A stretch of DNA of 64,000 bases from Gammaproteobacteria bacterium (GCA_016744065.1 JADGFA010000002.1:28796-92795), one strand, 5' to 3'; positions 31,827 to 41,586 are shown, counted from the stretch's first letter. The notes: generated from the sequence alone by a model not told the origin. A program made the numbers and translations.

Positions 31827-31900
31827 CTAATGGAATCTTACTATAATGCTACAGGCGCTCTTCTCACGCCGGTAACATTTGCCAGCAACATTTGAGTGAA

Positions 31901-32392
31901 TTATCGTATTCGAGTGAGCTCTTGTGCCTGACCCTCTGTGTTTGAAACGAGTACAACTCTCTCTGCTGACGCTGAATAAACATTCGCACTACCACTCATA
32001 CGACTTTTCATAGTATTCATAAAGGGTAACATGATTGCAGCCATTTTATTGCCACTAGTCTCTTTAATTGATTTCATCGTTTGGATGACTACATCGCCCT
32101 GTACTGACCATGTGCCAGAAACCTCCAGGGTCATTGCCATGCCACTGCTGGAGCTTTGAGAGTTCAGTATGACATTGCCATTACTTAAATAATGTATATC
32201 GGCAGAGTTTAATTGCTCACCTTCTATTGGGTTAAGAATTCGTAGCTTCCAATGACCAATTAACATGTTTTTACTAACGGCATTGACTGTATCTGAACCT
32301 GTATATGATGTTCGTGGTGGTGGTGTACAGGCTGCAATAGTACCGCCTATAAAAAAAACCATAAAAATTTTTACTATTTGTTTTGTTGTCAT
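31901..32392 (-). CDS. Putative lipoprotein, lipocalin-like beta fold
   Basis: Lipobox IAAC; LIGHWKL, SGTWSVQG. Confidence 0.7.
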   Translation of the reverse strand: MTTKQIVKIFMVFFIGGTIAACTPPPRTSYTGSDTVNAVSKNMLIGHWKLRILNPIEGEQLNSADIHYLSNGNVILNSQSSSSGMAMTLEVSGTWSVQGDVVIQTMKSIKETSGNKMAAIMLPFMNTMKSRMSGSANVYSASAERVVLVSNTEGQAQELTRIR

Positions 32393-33105
32393 TTTTTATC
32401 TTTCCTGTTTAATTGAAATGCTTTCAAAAAGCCGCTTAATTAAAGATACAGCGTAGCAATATGGGCTATGCTGTTCATGGGTTATCTTTTGCATGGCGGT
32501 TATTTTACGGCTGCTTCCACAACATTACTATCATAAGCAGTTAGTAGTATAATGCCAGAGAGGGCCGTACTTTGGTAGATATAGGGTTTGTTCCATGTCG
32601 TTGTGTATGTCCCTATGACTAATGTGTTGTTTCTGTAGCAAGTGTAATTAAAGTAACATGATTTAAAATTAAAAACTTATCCAGCTTGTTGATAATTTTA
32701 TAATGGAGTGATGAAACTTTATACCCCTTAAATTGGGGGGTATGTATTTACGGTCAGTGCTATTTATAAGTAAGCTCTATTTAAATACATGTCGGAATGA
32801 CTGTATTTGAAATTATATTTTTTACCGGTATTTTGATGATAGATTACGAGTATTGGTATAAGTGAAAAATGTAAATCATCAAAGCTCATCACAATACAGG
32901 CTGCAAGGTTTAAGTCCCGTTCGGTACGCTGTATAGTAAAAAATACCCATAGTATAAGCTGTGAGGTTTTTTATGTGAGTCAATATAGTGCGGAGGTGTT
33001 CAGGGTGGGCGCTTATCTGAGTGCAGGTTTTAAAAAGCAAGATGTCCAGGGGAAGGCTTTGAATAATGCCTCATATATATAAATAACGATGCTAAAAGGC
33101 TATGC

Positions 33106-33381
33106 ATGACACAACCAGTAGATAAACTTTTAAAAAAACATCAAAAGTTAAATCAAAGTGACATGATGAAGATTGAGTCACATGTGCAGCGTGAATCGGG
33201 TGACTGGGTAATTAATACTTTAATGATAGAGGGCTGTACCGTGCCTTTTAAATATAAACGTAAAAAGCTGTATAAAAACCTGAAAGGACAAAGGGTGAAC
33301 TTGACTTATTATCCTGATATGGAGGATATCGCAGGAATGGAAATAGAGGTAATGAATGTAGTAAGGATAAAAATATCATAA
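33106..33381 (+). CDS. Small hypothetical protein
   Basis: Clean ORF with RBS; VPFKYKRKKLYKNLKGQRVNLTYYP. Confidence 0.7.
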   Translation: MTQPVDKLLKKHQKLNQSDMMKIESHVQRESGDWVINTLMIEGCTVPFKYKRKKLYKNLKGQRVNLTYYPDMEDIAGMEIEVMNVVRIKIS

Positions 33382-33461
33382 AAAGTGTTGGCATGACTTC
33401 TTAAGCTTATTTCTTTTAAATTGTATTTATTCTATAGATATGAACAGATTGCCCTTATGCA

Positions 33462-34499
33462 TTACTGGTTCTTTTCAAGGCTTTGAATTTTCTTGCTTAC
33501 TTTTTTTGCACGATTAATGAGCTGTTTTATTTCTGTGTTTTTGGGCTCTAGTTGCAGCGCCTGTTGCCATACTTTTAGTGCGCGGTTAATTTTATTTTTA
33601 CTGTAAAGCTCTTTGCCAAAGCGTATTTTACTTAATGTAAGCTCTTTTATTTCTTTATTTAAAGAGTCTAACAGGCGTTTTGTTTTTTTGTGCGCAGGGT
33701 TGATAGTAAGTAGTGTATTAAGGTGTGATCGTGCCTTGTTGTACGCATGCTTTTCATATGCGGTGCTGTATGATGTGAGTAATTCATTATAGCGTTTTTG
33801 ATCTGATTTATTTTTTAATTGAACATCAATTTTTGTAACCCATGATTCTTTTTGTTCTGTAGGGTCCAGTTTGTTTGATAAAAAATAGCAATCACGCGAA
33901 ATTATATAATGTTTATTACTTTTAGCTTGATCACCACACATTTCAAGGTGTCGAGCCACTTCAATTCTGTCTTTATTGTAGCGACTTATGTCGAATTGAG
34001 CACTATAGTCCCATGGAATTAGTTTATGTAATTTTTTGTATATTTTCTGGTATGAAATTAATGCATCAGCCTGCTTCATAAGCATGTCTTTTCTTAGTGT
34101 GGTGACTTGATGGTCTCTCTCATGAAGTAGTTCAGTTTTTTCTTTGTTAAGCCTCGGCTCATTTTCTATTTTCTTAAGTGCATTGTTATAAGTGTCGAGG
34201 GCTTGTTGCCATTCATTTGATTGCTTTAATTTTTTAGCTTTTTTTGATGTGTTCTCAATAAATGTGCTTTTCTTTGTATCAATAGTGTATTTTTTGTTCA
34301 GAGTTTCTTTAAGTGTACTGTCATTTTTACTGGCACTTTGCAGGGCATCATTAATTTCATCAAATTCATTATTGGCAAGCCATTGCTCAATGTTCTGCTC
34401 AAATGATTCAGGAGATGTGTTGATCAGAGAGCACGCTGGCATAAACAAATATGTGAGCAAGATAAGAGTGGGCCGATTAATAAGTATGGAAATATTCAA
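33462..34499 (-). CDS. TPR-repeat putative lipoprotein
   Basis: Hydrophobic N-terminus ending PAC; WQQALDTY, ALKVWQQALQLEPKN; ATGA overlap with cyclase gene. Confidence 0.72.
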   Translation of the reverse strand: MNISILINRPTLILLTYLFMPACSLINTSPESFEQNIEQWLANNEFDEINDALQSASKNDSTLKETLNKKYTIDTKKSTFIENTSKKAKKLKQSNEWQQALDTYNNALKKIENEPRLNKEKTELLHERDHQVTTLRKDMLMKQADALISYQKIYKKLHKLIPWDYSAQFDISRYNKDRIEVARHLEMCGDQAKSNKHYIISRDCYFLSNKLDPTEQKESWVTKIDVQLKNKSDQKRYNELLTSYSTAYEKHAYNKARSHLNTLLTINPAHKKTKRLLDSLNKEIKELTLSKIRFGKELYSKNKINRALKVWQQALQLEPKNTEIKQLINRAKKVSKKIQSLEKNQ

Positions 34500-36010
34500 G
34501 TACAGGACTCAGTTAGATTACTCAGAATGTTATTTATCTGTTGTTCCATAAGCTTTTTGTGATCAGGTTTAACACTATCAACTAGCCAGGTAGATACGGG
34601 GTGTTGTTTTCCGCGGACACGAATGACTTTATGCTTATTCGCAATTATATGTTTGGAGATACTACTCTGTTTGTACAACTCTTCAAGAATAATTATCTGG
34701 TCGCTTTCGGCAATGCCAGCTAGCCGTGAAGCAATGTTGACTGGATCTCCAATTACAGTGTATTCCATGCGGTCATTTGATCCAAGGTTTCCGGCTATCA
34801 TAGCGCCACTGTTAACGCCGATTTTAAAGTGAATAGGAATTTTGTTTTGTGTTAAGCGTATGTCATTAAGTTTAGTTACTGTTTCACGAATCATAATAGC
34901 GCAGTTTACTGCGTTGAGGCTATGGTTTTCAGAGTAGTCTGGAACACCAAAAACAACCATGGCACAGTCACCCATAAACTTATCAATGTGTCCATTATGC
35001 AATTTTGCAATGATTGCAATATGTGAAAAATATTCATTGAGTAGATTTGTAATTTCTTCAGGCGGCAATTTTTCAGAAATGCCGGTAAAGCCAACAATAT
35101 CTGCAAACAAAACAGATGCTGTTATGTGCTTTCCACCTAATTCAATATTATCCAGATTTTTTAAAAGTTTTTGTGCAACATTACTGGATACATATCGAGA
35201 GAAAACATCTTCAACCTGAGTTTTTTGTAATAAGCCATGAGCCATCTGGTTGAAGGCGCAGGCAAGCTCACCAATTTCATCATTGCGACGTTCATTTAGG
35301 CGAAATTTAAAATCACCTTTACCTATTGCTTTGCTGGCGTCAACCAGATTATGTATAGGCTTGGATAAATGTCGGCTCATGACAAATGCGAGTAATATAG
35401 CAATTAGACTCATTAGTATGGTTGCAAAAATAATAACAAATCGTGAGTTTTTTAATGATTGAACCATTTGCTGTTTACTGAAGGTGATAATTATATGTCC
35501 AGCAATGAGTTGCTTAAATTTGATTGGGCTATCAAAACAGATTAATTTATCGTGAGGGTTTGTGACTGTGCTCCATTCAAAAATATGAGAAGTTTTTTTA
35601 TTGCTTAACTGATGCTGAATATATCCTATGGATGGCGTCAATCCATTTTTTACCAGAATTTCATTTTGGTCAGAAATTACAATAGCACCTTTGATGCGCT
35701 GATTGTCTACTAAATTATTGACCAGTGTTTGCAGGCCAAGTGTATCGCCAGAAAGTACCATTTCTGAAGCGCTAATTGAAACTTGTCTGGCAACGGTTGA
35801 ACCCATATCATTAATCTGTTGGTTTAAAACTATTTTCTGGTTTTCCAGAATAATAAAGCCAAGAGTTGACATACCACTTACGATTAGTAATGTAATGGCA
35901 AGGGCTAGCTTTATAGCAATGGGAACTCTTATTTTAAAGCGATTGTCATTGTTTACTGGAGGTATCTGTTTTGTGTTCGGGTTCAAATCATGCTCATTCA
36001 TTAAATTCAT
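34496..36010 (-). CDS. Membrane class III adenylate cyclase with HAMP domain
   Basis: 2 TM, HAMP (DEIGELACAFNQM), LFADIVGFT, IDKFMGD, YTVIGDPVNIASRL. Confidence 0.9.
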   Translation of the reverse strand: MNLMNEHDLNPNTKQIPPVNNDNRFKIRVPIAIKLALAITLLIVSGMSTLGFIILENQKIVLNQQINDMGSTVARQVSISASEMVLSGDTLGLQTLVNNLVDNQRIKGAIVISDQNEILVKNGLTPSIGYIQHQLSNKKTSHIFEWSTVTNPHDKLICFDSPIKFKQLIAGHIIITFSKQQMVQSLKNSRFVIIFATILMSLIAILLAFVMSRHLSKPIHNLVDASKAIGKGDFKFRLNERRNDEIGELACAFNQMAHGLLQKTQVEDVFSRYVSSNVAQKLLKNLDNIELGGKHITASVLFADIVGFTGISEKLPPEEITNLLNEYFSHIAIIAKLHNGHIDKFMGDCAMVVFGVPDYSENHSLNAVNCAIMIRETVTKLNDIRLTQNKIPIHFKIGVNSGAMIAGNLGSNDRMEYTVIGDPVNIASRLAGIAESDQIIILEELYKQSSISKHIIANKHKVIRVRGKQHPVSTWLVDSVKPDHKKLMEQQINNILSNLTESCT

Positions 36011-36129
36011 AGTTGCAGTTCGAAATCATAGCATGTCTATGCATAGTGCGGGTTCCTAAAAAATATTAGAAATTAGTTTGAACTTATATAGGACTTATTG
36101 TGTCCTAGTATTCGCAAGCCAGCAAAGTT

Positions 36130-36164
36130 GGGCAGGGTAGACAGGTTGTCCCTGTCCTTTTTTT
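36130..36164 (+). terminator. Intrinsic terminator-like hairpin in a divergent intergenic region
   Basis: gggcaggg...ccctgtcc followed by T7. Confidence 0.5.
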
Positions 36165-36271
36165 GTTAGAAAAGGCTTTTTTGTAGTCATTTTTTCTAGT
36201 GTAAAAACACGCCTGTTTATTCCTTTTCTTGTTTAGAATACACCTTTAAATTTCATTAATAGATACATTCC

Positions 36272-37171
36272 ATGTTGCCAATACTTCAGGTAAAACAGTT
36301 ACATAAACAATTTAAACGGCTTAAAGCGGTTAATGGTGTTAGTTTTGAGGTGCCTGAAGGAATATGTCTTGGTTTGCTCGGGCCCAATGGAGCGGGTAAA
36401 ACGACAACAGTTGAGATGCTGGAGGGGATTAAAACACCTGATAAGGGAGCAATACTATATCGTGGCAAGCCTTTAGGCGATGAATTTAAAAATAAAGCCG
36501 GTATTATGTTTCAATCCACTGCCTTACAGGACTTTATAACGGTGCAGGAGTCACTTGAGTTATTTCAATGCTTATATCCTGATGTATCTGATTTACAGCA
36601 AGTTATTCAGGATTGTGCATTAGGTGATTTTTTAGATCAGGATACAGCAAGCTTGAGTGGTGGTCAGCGTCAGCGTGTATTACTGGCTATAGCTATGGTG
36701 AATGATCCAGACATTATTTTTCTTGATGAGCCAACGACAGGGCTGGACCCACAGGCTCGACATAATTTCTGGCGATTAATTGAAAAAATAAAACAACAGA
36801 ATAAAACCATCGTGCTTACGACTCATTACATGGACGAGGCTTATAGGCTTTGTGATGAAATAATTATTATGGATCATGGAAAGATAATTGCTGAGGGCAC
36901 GCCAGGTGATCTGTTATCAAAGCATTTTAATGATGTTGTTATACAGATACCTGTTTCTGTTTCGCTTGAGACAATACTTGGTTTATTGGAGGGGCAGGGG
37001 AAATTAAGTTTTAGCCGGAACCAGGATCGGTTTGAGATTTGCACATCCGATGTCAATCAGACAGTTAAGTTACTGCTTGAAGCAAATATATCCCTTAGTG
37101 GGTTGCAGATTAGGGAGCGGACACTTGATGACCTGTTTCTTGAGCTGACAGGTAAGGGGCTTAGGCAATGA
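36272..37171 (+). CDS. ABC-2 exporter ATP-binding subunit
   Basis: GPNGAGKTT, LSGGQRQR, LDEPTTGLDP, TTHYMDEA. Confidence 0.92.
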   Translation: MLPILQVKQLHKQFKRLKAVNGVSFEVPEGICLGLLGPNGAGKTTTVEMLEGIKTPDKGAILYRGKPLGDEFKNKAGIMFQSTALQDFITVQESLELFQCLYPDVSDLQQVIQDCALGDFLDQDTASLSGGQRQRVLLAIAMVNDPDIIFLDEPTTGLDPQARHNFWRLIEKIKQQNKTIVLTTHYMDEAYRLCDEIIIMDHGKIIAEGTPGDLLSKHFNDVVIQIPVSVSLETILGLLEGQGKLSFSRNQDRFEICTSDVNQTVKLLLEANISLSGLQIRERTLDDLFLELTGKGLRQ

Positions 37172-38175
37172 GATGGCAGCGTTTTGTTAGTATATTGAGA
37201 GCGAGAGATCGAGAGTTTCTGCGTGATAGAAGTGCACTTGCCTGGAATATTATTTTTCCGCTGCTGATCATTCTTGGTTTTGCTTTTGCGTTTACCGGGG
37301 ATCAGGTGAATCAATATAAAATAGGCGTTATAGAGCAGCACGAAGATGCACTACTAACTTTTTATACAACAGATTATATACAGTTTATACCTATAGAAGA
37401 GTCTGAGAAGGTGCTGGCTATTGATAAAGTGAAGCGACACCAGTTGGACATGTTGCTGGATGCAAGGTTAAAGCGTTACTGGATGAATGACAGTTCCCCT
37501 TCGGGTTACATGCTTGAAAAAGTGTTAGCAGGTAGTGGCGGTGAGGCTTATCAGAAGCAATTAGTGCAAGGTGAGCAAATACGTTATGTCGATTGGCTTA
37601 TTCCCGGTGTTCTGGGTATGAATATGATGTTTAGCGCTTTGTTTGGTGTAGGTTATGTTGTTGTTCGGTATAGAAAAAATGGTGTGCTTAAGCGACTTAA
37701 AGCGACGCCTCTTAATGCATTAGAGTTTTTATCTGCACAGGTCGTTTCTCGATTATGGCTTATTATGGCTATTACTTCTGGTGTCTTTATTGGCTGTAAT
37801 TTATTAATTAATTTTGCTATGCATGGCAGTTACCTGAATCTATTTTTAGTCTATGTTCTGGGTGCTTTTTCTATGGTGAGTATGGGGCTGATAGTGGCTG
37901 CACGGGTTAAATCAGAAGAGATGGCGGGCGGGCTGCTAAATATGCTTTCCTGGCCCATGATGTTTTTGTCCGGTGTCTGGTTTTCGCTGGAAGGTTTACA
38001 CCCCTGGATACAGAAGCTGGCCCTGGTCTTTCCATTGACCCACATAACACAGGCTGCACGTGGTATAATGCTGGATGGTGCCAGTTTGTCGGCTATTTTG
38101 CCAAATCTGGTGGCTCTGTTGGTTATGAGTATTATTTTTTTACTGCTAGGTGTGCTTTTGTTCCGTTGGGAATAG
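37168..38175 (+). CDS. ABC-2 exporter permease
   Basis: RYVDWLIPG, GVLKRLKATP, FLSGVWF, PLTH. Confidence 0.9.
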   Translation: MRWQRFVSILRARDREFLRDRSALAWNIIFPLLIILGFAFAFTGDQVNQYKIGVIEQHEDALLTFYTTDYIQFIPIEESEKVLAIDKVKRHQLDMLLDARLKRYWMNDSSPSGYMLEKVLAGSGGEAYQKQLVQGEQIRYVDWLIPGVLGMNMMFSALFGVGYVVVRYRKNGVLKRLKATPLNALEFLSAQVVSRLWLIMAITSGVFIGCNLLINFAMHGSYLNLFLVYVLGAFSMVSMGLIVAARVKSEEMAGGLLNMLSWPMMFLSGVWFSLEGLHPWIQKLALVFPLTHITQAARGIMLDGASLSAILPNLVALLVMSIIFLLLGVLLFRWE

Positions 38176-38243
38176 CAGGCATATATCTTCTTCTCCCCCA
38201 GAAAGATATTTTAAAATGGCAGGTATTGTATTGAGGTTAAAAA

Positions 38244-38639
38244 ATGTTTCACTTAAGTGAAGAACGGCAAATCCTGCTAACACAAAAAATTATGGCTAAT
38301 CTGGATGAGTGGGGCCTGTGTGCTGCAGATCAGGTTGTTGTGCTTAGTTTGCCGGAAGGTACCCGTACCCGTAAGTTACGCGCGTACCATGAGAATACGC
38401 CATTACCAAAAGATGATAATGTTGAGTTCAAGGCGATACGTATTTTAGGGATAATTGATGCCCTGCGTACGACTTACCCTAAAAATGAAATGATGGGTGC
38501 GCGCTGGATGAAAAAACCTCATCGTCGCTTTCAGAATCGACCACCATTACAGGTGCTGGTTGAAGAGGGTAATGTGGGTGCTGATAGTGTACTGGCAGAA
38601 CTGGATTGCTCTTATGCATGGGAGTTAAGTGCCAAGTAA
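38244..38639 (+). CDS. Xre/MbcA/ParS antitoxin-like (DUF2384) protein
   Basis: C-terminal ARWMKKPHRRFQNRPPLQVL pattern. Confidence 0.65.
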   Translation: MFHLSEERQILLTQKIMANLDEWGLCAADQVVVLSLPEGTRTRKLRAYHENTPLPKDDNVEFKAIRILGIIDALRTTYPKNEMMGARWMKKPHRRFQNRPPLQVLVEEGNVGADSVLAELDCSYAWELSAK

Positions 38640-38778
38640 TTATTTTGACTATGTTGTCCTGGCATAGTGTCTTTCTGGAATTTTCAGTAGTTTTTTTCTT
38701 TATTGTCTTTTTAGCATACCGATAAAAATTTGCCGACAAAGACCTGCAGAACAGTGCTGAAAAAGTATATGGTTTTGT

Positions 38779-39123
38779 CTATCCAGCATATTGGTATGCT
38801 TTATCGCATCGTGCTGCCATAATAAAATCATTAACAGATAATCCTGCGATACTGTGTGTCCACCAGCTTATATTCACTTTACCCCATTCAACGCAGATAC
38901 GAGGATGGTGATTTGCCTGTTCAGCGAGGTCAGTAATTTGATTTGCAAAAGCCATTGCCAGAGTGAAATTTTTAAATTGGTACGTCCTGTTAATTTGCTT
39001 AATATGTGATATGACGCTGAGTTGCCAGTAGTTTAGCTCGATAAGGAACTCTTCAATTTTCTTATTAGACAGTGTTACACTGCTGCCAGATGTCTTTAAA
39101 GGCTGGTCGATTAAGGCGGCCAT
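38779..39123 (-). CDS. phhB: Pterin-4-alpha-carbinolamine dehydratase
   Basis: FKNFTLAMAF, AEQANHHP, WWTHSIAGLSVNDFIMAA. Confidence 0.88.
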   Translation of the reverse strand: MAALIDQPLKTSGSSVTLSNKKIEEFLIELNYWQLSVISHIKQINRTYQFKNFTLAMAFANQITDLAEQANHHPRICVEWGKVNISWWTHSIAGLSVNDFIMAARCDKAYQYAG

Positions 39124-39197
39124 AAGCAATCCCACTATATTTTAAAAAGCGTATGCGCTGTAAGTTAATATTATAAAGATATTCTAACGGGAAAGTG

Positions 39198-39575
39198 ATG
39201 GAAAAAGAGAATACATCTGAAGTTGAAGCATTTCGCGATATGTTGGCACTGCAGGGCAAATTGTTTTTAATCAGGGGGGATTTACCTGCAAATAAAGTAG
39301 AGTTGCAATTTGAGGGTGTCTTGAATGGTGTTTCTGTTGTGTGGCATGCCTGTGTGAGAACGATTGAGGAGTACTCATTGCACAACCCGGTTTCCGATGA
39401 TCCAGAGCAGTACATAAATATTGAAGTTGTAAATGAACGGTATAAGCTGGAAGTTGGCTTAAATGTTAGTCAAATTGATTTGTCGGTGTTAGAAAGCACT
39501 ATAATTATGATTAGAAAATATAAGAGGTTGCGCCTGGGTTATCATGAATATGGGGTGCGAAGTAAAACCGAGTAA
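39198..39575 (+). CDS. Hypothetical protein
   Basis: Clean ORF; IIMIRKYKRLRLGYHEYG C-terminus. Confidence 0.62.
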   Translation: MEKENTSEVEAFRDMLALQGKLFLIRGDLPANKVELQFEGVLNGVSVVWHACVRTIEEYSLHNPVSDDPEQYINIEVVNERYKLEVGLNVSQIDLSVLESTIIMIRKYKRLRLGYHEYGVRSKTE

Positions 39576-39614
39576 GCTTTTCAGTTTCTATTTTATGGTT
39601 TGGTAAAGGGGCAG

Positions 39615-40271
39615 ATGTCAGGAATGAAACGTATAGTTGTGATTAATACCAAAGGTGGCTGTGGTAAAACAACGGTTTCAACCAGTCTGGCCAGTTATTA
39701 TGCATCTAGAGGTATTAATACCGCACTATTTGATTATGATCCTCAAGGGTCAAGTATGCGCTGGTTGAAACTTCGTAACGACAGTATGTCTGATATATAT
39801 GGTGTTGTCGCGCATAGAAATTCTGCCAAGGCGGTTACGATGAGCTGGCAGCTCAGGTTACCGCCTGAAACTGAACGAGTCATTATCGACACGCCTCCAG
39901 GCTTAAAAGGCCCAGAACTTAGAGAGCAATTAAAGGGGGTGGATAAAATATTAATACCCGTTTTACCTTCTCCGCTTGATATTTTTGCTACGGCCGATTT
40001 TATTCGTGATTTATTGCTGGATGTTAAAGTCAGGTTAAACCAGACTAGTATAGGCATTGTGGCAAATCGTGTCAGAAAGAATACGGTTGCTTTTCAATCA
40101 CTTGAGCGCTTTTTAAGTTCATTAAATATTCCGGTAGTTGCTAGTTTAAGGGATACACAGAATTATTTACGAGCTACTGAGGAAGGTATGGGTATACATG
40201 AGTTAAAAGGTAAAAACGTGTACGTAGACAGAATGCACTGGAAGGCGGTTGCGGAATGGCTTGATAAGTGA
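39615..40271 (+). CDS. ParA/MinD-family ATPase (orphan)
   Basis: NTKGGCGKTT, DYDPQGS, IIDTPPG, PVLPS; no parB nearby; start uncertain. Confidence 0.88.
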   Translation: MSGMKRIVVINTKGGCGKTTVSTSLASYYASRGINTALFDYDPQGSSMRWLKLRNDSMSDIYGVVAHRNSAKAVTMSWQLRLPPETERVIIDTPPGLKGPELREQLKGVDKILIPVLPSPLDIFATADFIRDLLLDVKVRLNQTSIGIVANRVRKNTVAFQSLERFLSSLNIPVVASLRDTQNYLRATEEGMGIHELKGKNVYVDRMHWKAVAEWLDK

Positions 40272-40301
40272 GTACGTCTGAATATTACACAGGCTTAAAT
40301 T

Positions 40302-40328
40302 AAGAGGCTCGCTTTAGGTGAGCCTCTT
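40302..40328. terminator. Bidirectional terminator-like hairpin
   Basis: aagaggctc...gagcctctt between convergent genes. Confidence 0.6.
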
Positions 40329-40341
40329 TCTATTTTCGAGA

Positions 40342-41001
40342 TTAAATATTACCTGTATGGCGGAAAATACCCAGTCCCGCCAGTCCGGATAAAAATAAAT
40401 ATAACGCTGCTGGTAAAGGAACGAGAACAGGTGCATTTAAGCCGATGGCATATGACATTAATGATGTTTCGTTACCTAAATTAACCTGAATATTATTTAT
40501 ACTCTGGTTCAAGTTAACATTGAAATCGTTCAGATCAAGAAAAATAACTGAAAGATCAGCCGTTCCTAAAGTGCCATTTGGTAATAATATGTCTGTTACC
40601 AGATACTTTTCTCCATTTGGTCCAGGGTTTACAAATGGATCATCATTAACAAACAATTGTCTTGAGGTGATTGGGCCGCTATTAATACCATTGATATTGA
40701 CAGAAACCGTGTTATTAGCGGTAATAAAAAATAAGGCAAGATCATTTCCATTCTGATTTGACAGGGCTGTATTTTCAAAATTTAAAAAAACAGCTGCATC
40801 GATTGATGTGCCTTTAATGTATGTGTTTACAAGAGAGTTTGTAATTGCTCCGTTGGTGTTTTCAAAAACAGAGCCAGTGAAGCTTGATGAGGTTGCGCCT
40901 GCGTCTGTGTCTAGTCCATATGGTCCAATACTAATAGGGGCTGCGAATGCTTGTGCAGAAAAAATAGCTGTTGCAGAAAGTAATAATCGTAATTTTTTCA
41001 T
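40342..41001 (-). CDS. VPLPA-CTERM (PEP-CTERM variant) sorted surface protein
   Basis: Signal peptide (AFA); Asn/Ser/Thr-rich body; C-terminal VPLPAALYLFLSGLAGLGIFRH. Confidence 0.88.
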   Translation of the reverse strand: MKKLRLLLSATAIFSAQAFAAPISIGPYGLDTDAGATSSSFTGSVFENTNGAITNSLVNTYIKGTSIDAAVFLNFENTALSNQNGNDLALFFITANNTVSVNINGINSGPITSRQLFVNDDPFVNPGPNGEKYLVTDILLPNGTLGTADLSVIFLDLNDFNVNLNQSINNIQVNLGNETSLMSYAIGLNAPVLVPLPAALYLFLSGLAGLGIFRHTGNI

Positions 41002-41062
41002 TTTTATTTCCCAAATTGCATATTATCAATACCTGGCGCTGGGTTGATAATTATTCCTTGCT

Positions 41063-41380
41063 TTAAAATTGATTAACGGGCGTTGTTGGTGTGACAACAG
41101 GTGCGATAACTACGCTGGTTACCTGAGGGGCGTTAGGTGTTACTGGTGGAGCAGTGCGAAATGTGAGTATCGCTTCACGTAAAAAAGCAGAATTTTCATT
41201 AGGCCGAAAATTCACATCCGGTGTCTGGGCGGGGGGTGGCGTTACCTGAGCAACTGGCCCTGCTGCGGGTTGAATGCCTTCGGCCCATTCACCCCATGTG
41301 TATACAGAATCCTGCTGAATTGCCATTGCTTGAATGGGCAATAATATTGCGAATGTAAATAAAATTGTTTTTTTCATCAT
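41063..41380 (-). CDS. Small secreted Pro/Thr-rich protein with PAAG motif; candidate T11SS cargo
   Basis: Signal peptide (AMA); DSVYTWGEW..IQPAAGP; lies downstream of the Slam-like gene. Confidence 0.7.
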   Translation of the reverse strand: MMKKTILFTFAILLPIQAMAIQQDSVYTWGEWAEGIQPAAGPVAQVTPPPAQTPDVNFRPNENSAFLREAILTFRTAPPVTPNAPQVTSVVIAPVVTPTTPVNQF

Positions 41381-41413
41381 ATTTAAGACCTAAATTTTGT
41401 AATAAAAATACAG

Positions 41414-41428
41414 GCAAATCCAGTGCCA
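41414..41428 (-). promoter_or_regulatory. Sigma54 -24/-12 promoter
   Basis: Minus strand TGGCACTGGATTTGC (GG-N10-GC), about 35 nt upstream of ATG 41380. Confidence 0.7.
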
Positions 41429-41586
41429 CAAAAAATAAACAACATTTTAAACAAATGCTTAGGCTAGTTGATTATAAAATGTGGGTGATCCTTGTCTTGG
41501 GCGCTCCTTCCCATTGTAAGAGAATTATAATTATCGTGGAGCCTCTGTCCATACCCCATTTGAGTGGCTTATTAGAGGGGAATATC

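Larger units (their letters stand above)
28814..32929. mobile_element. Decayed tRNA-Asp-anchored genomic islet (no integrase present)
   Basis: 28814-28836 ggttcaaatcccgtccggtccgc versus 32907-32929 ggtttaagtcccgttcggtacgc, 19/23 identical. Confidence 0.55.

Noticed and set aside
39600-40271. ParA as evidence of a plasmid or prophage
   Set aside because: No parB, rep or phage genes nearby; orphan chromosomal ParA-like genes are common
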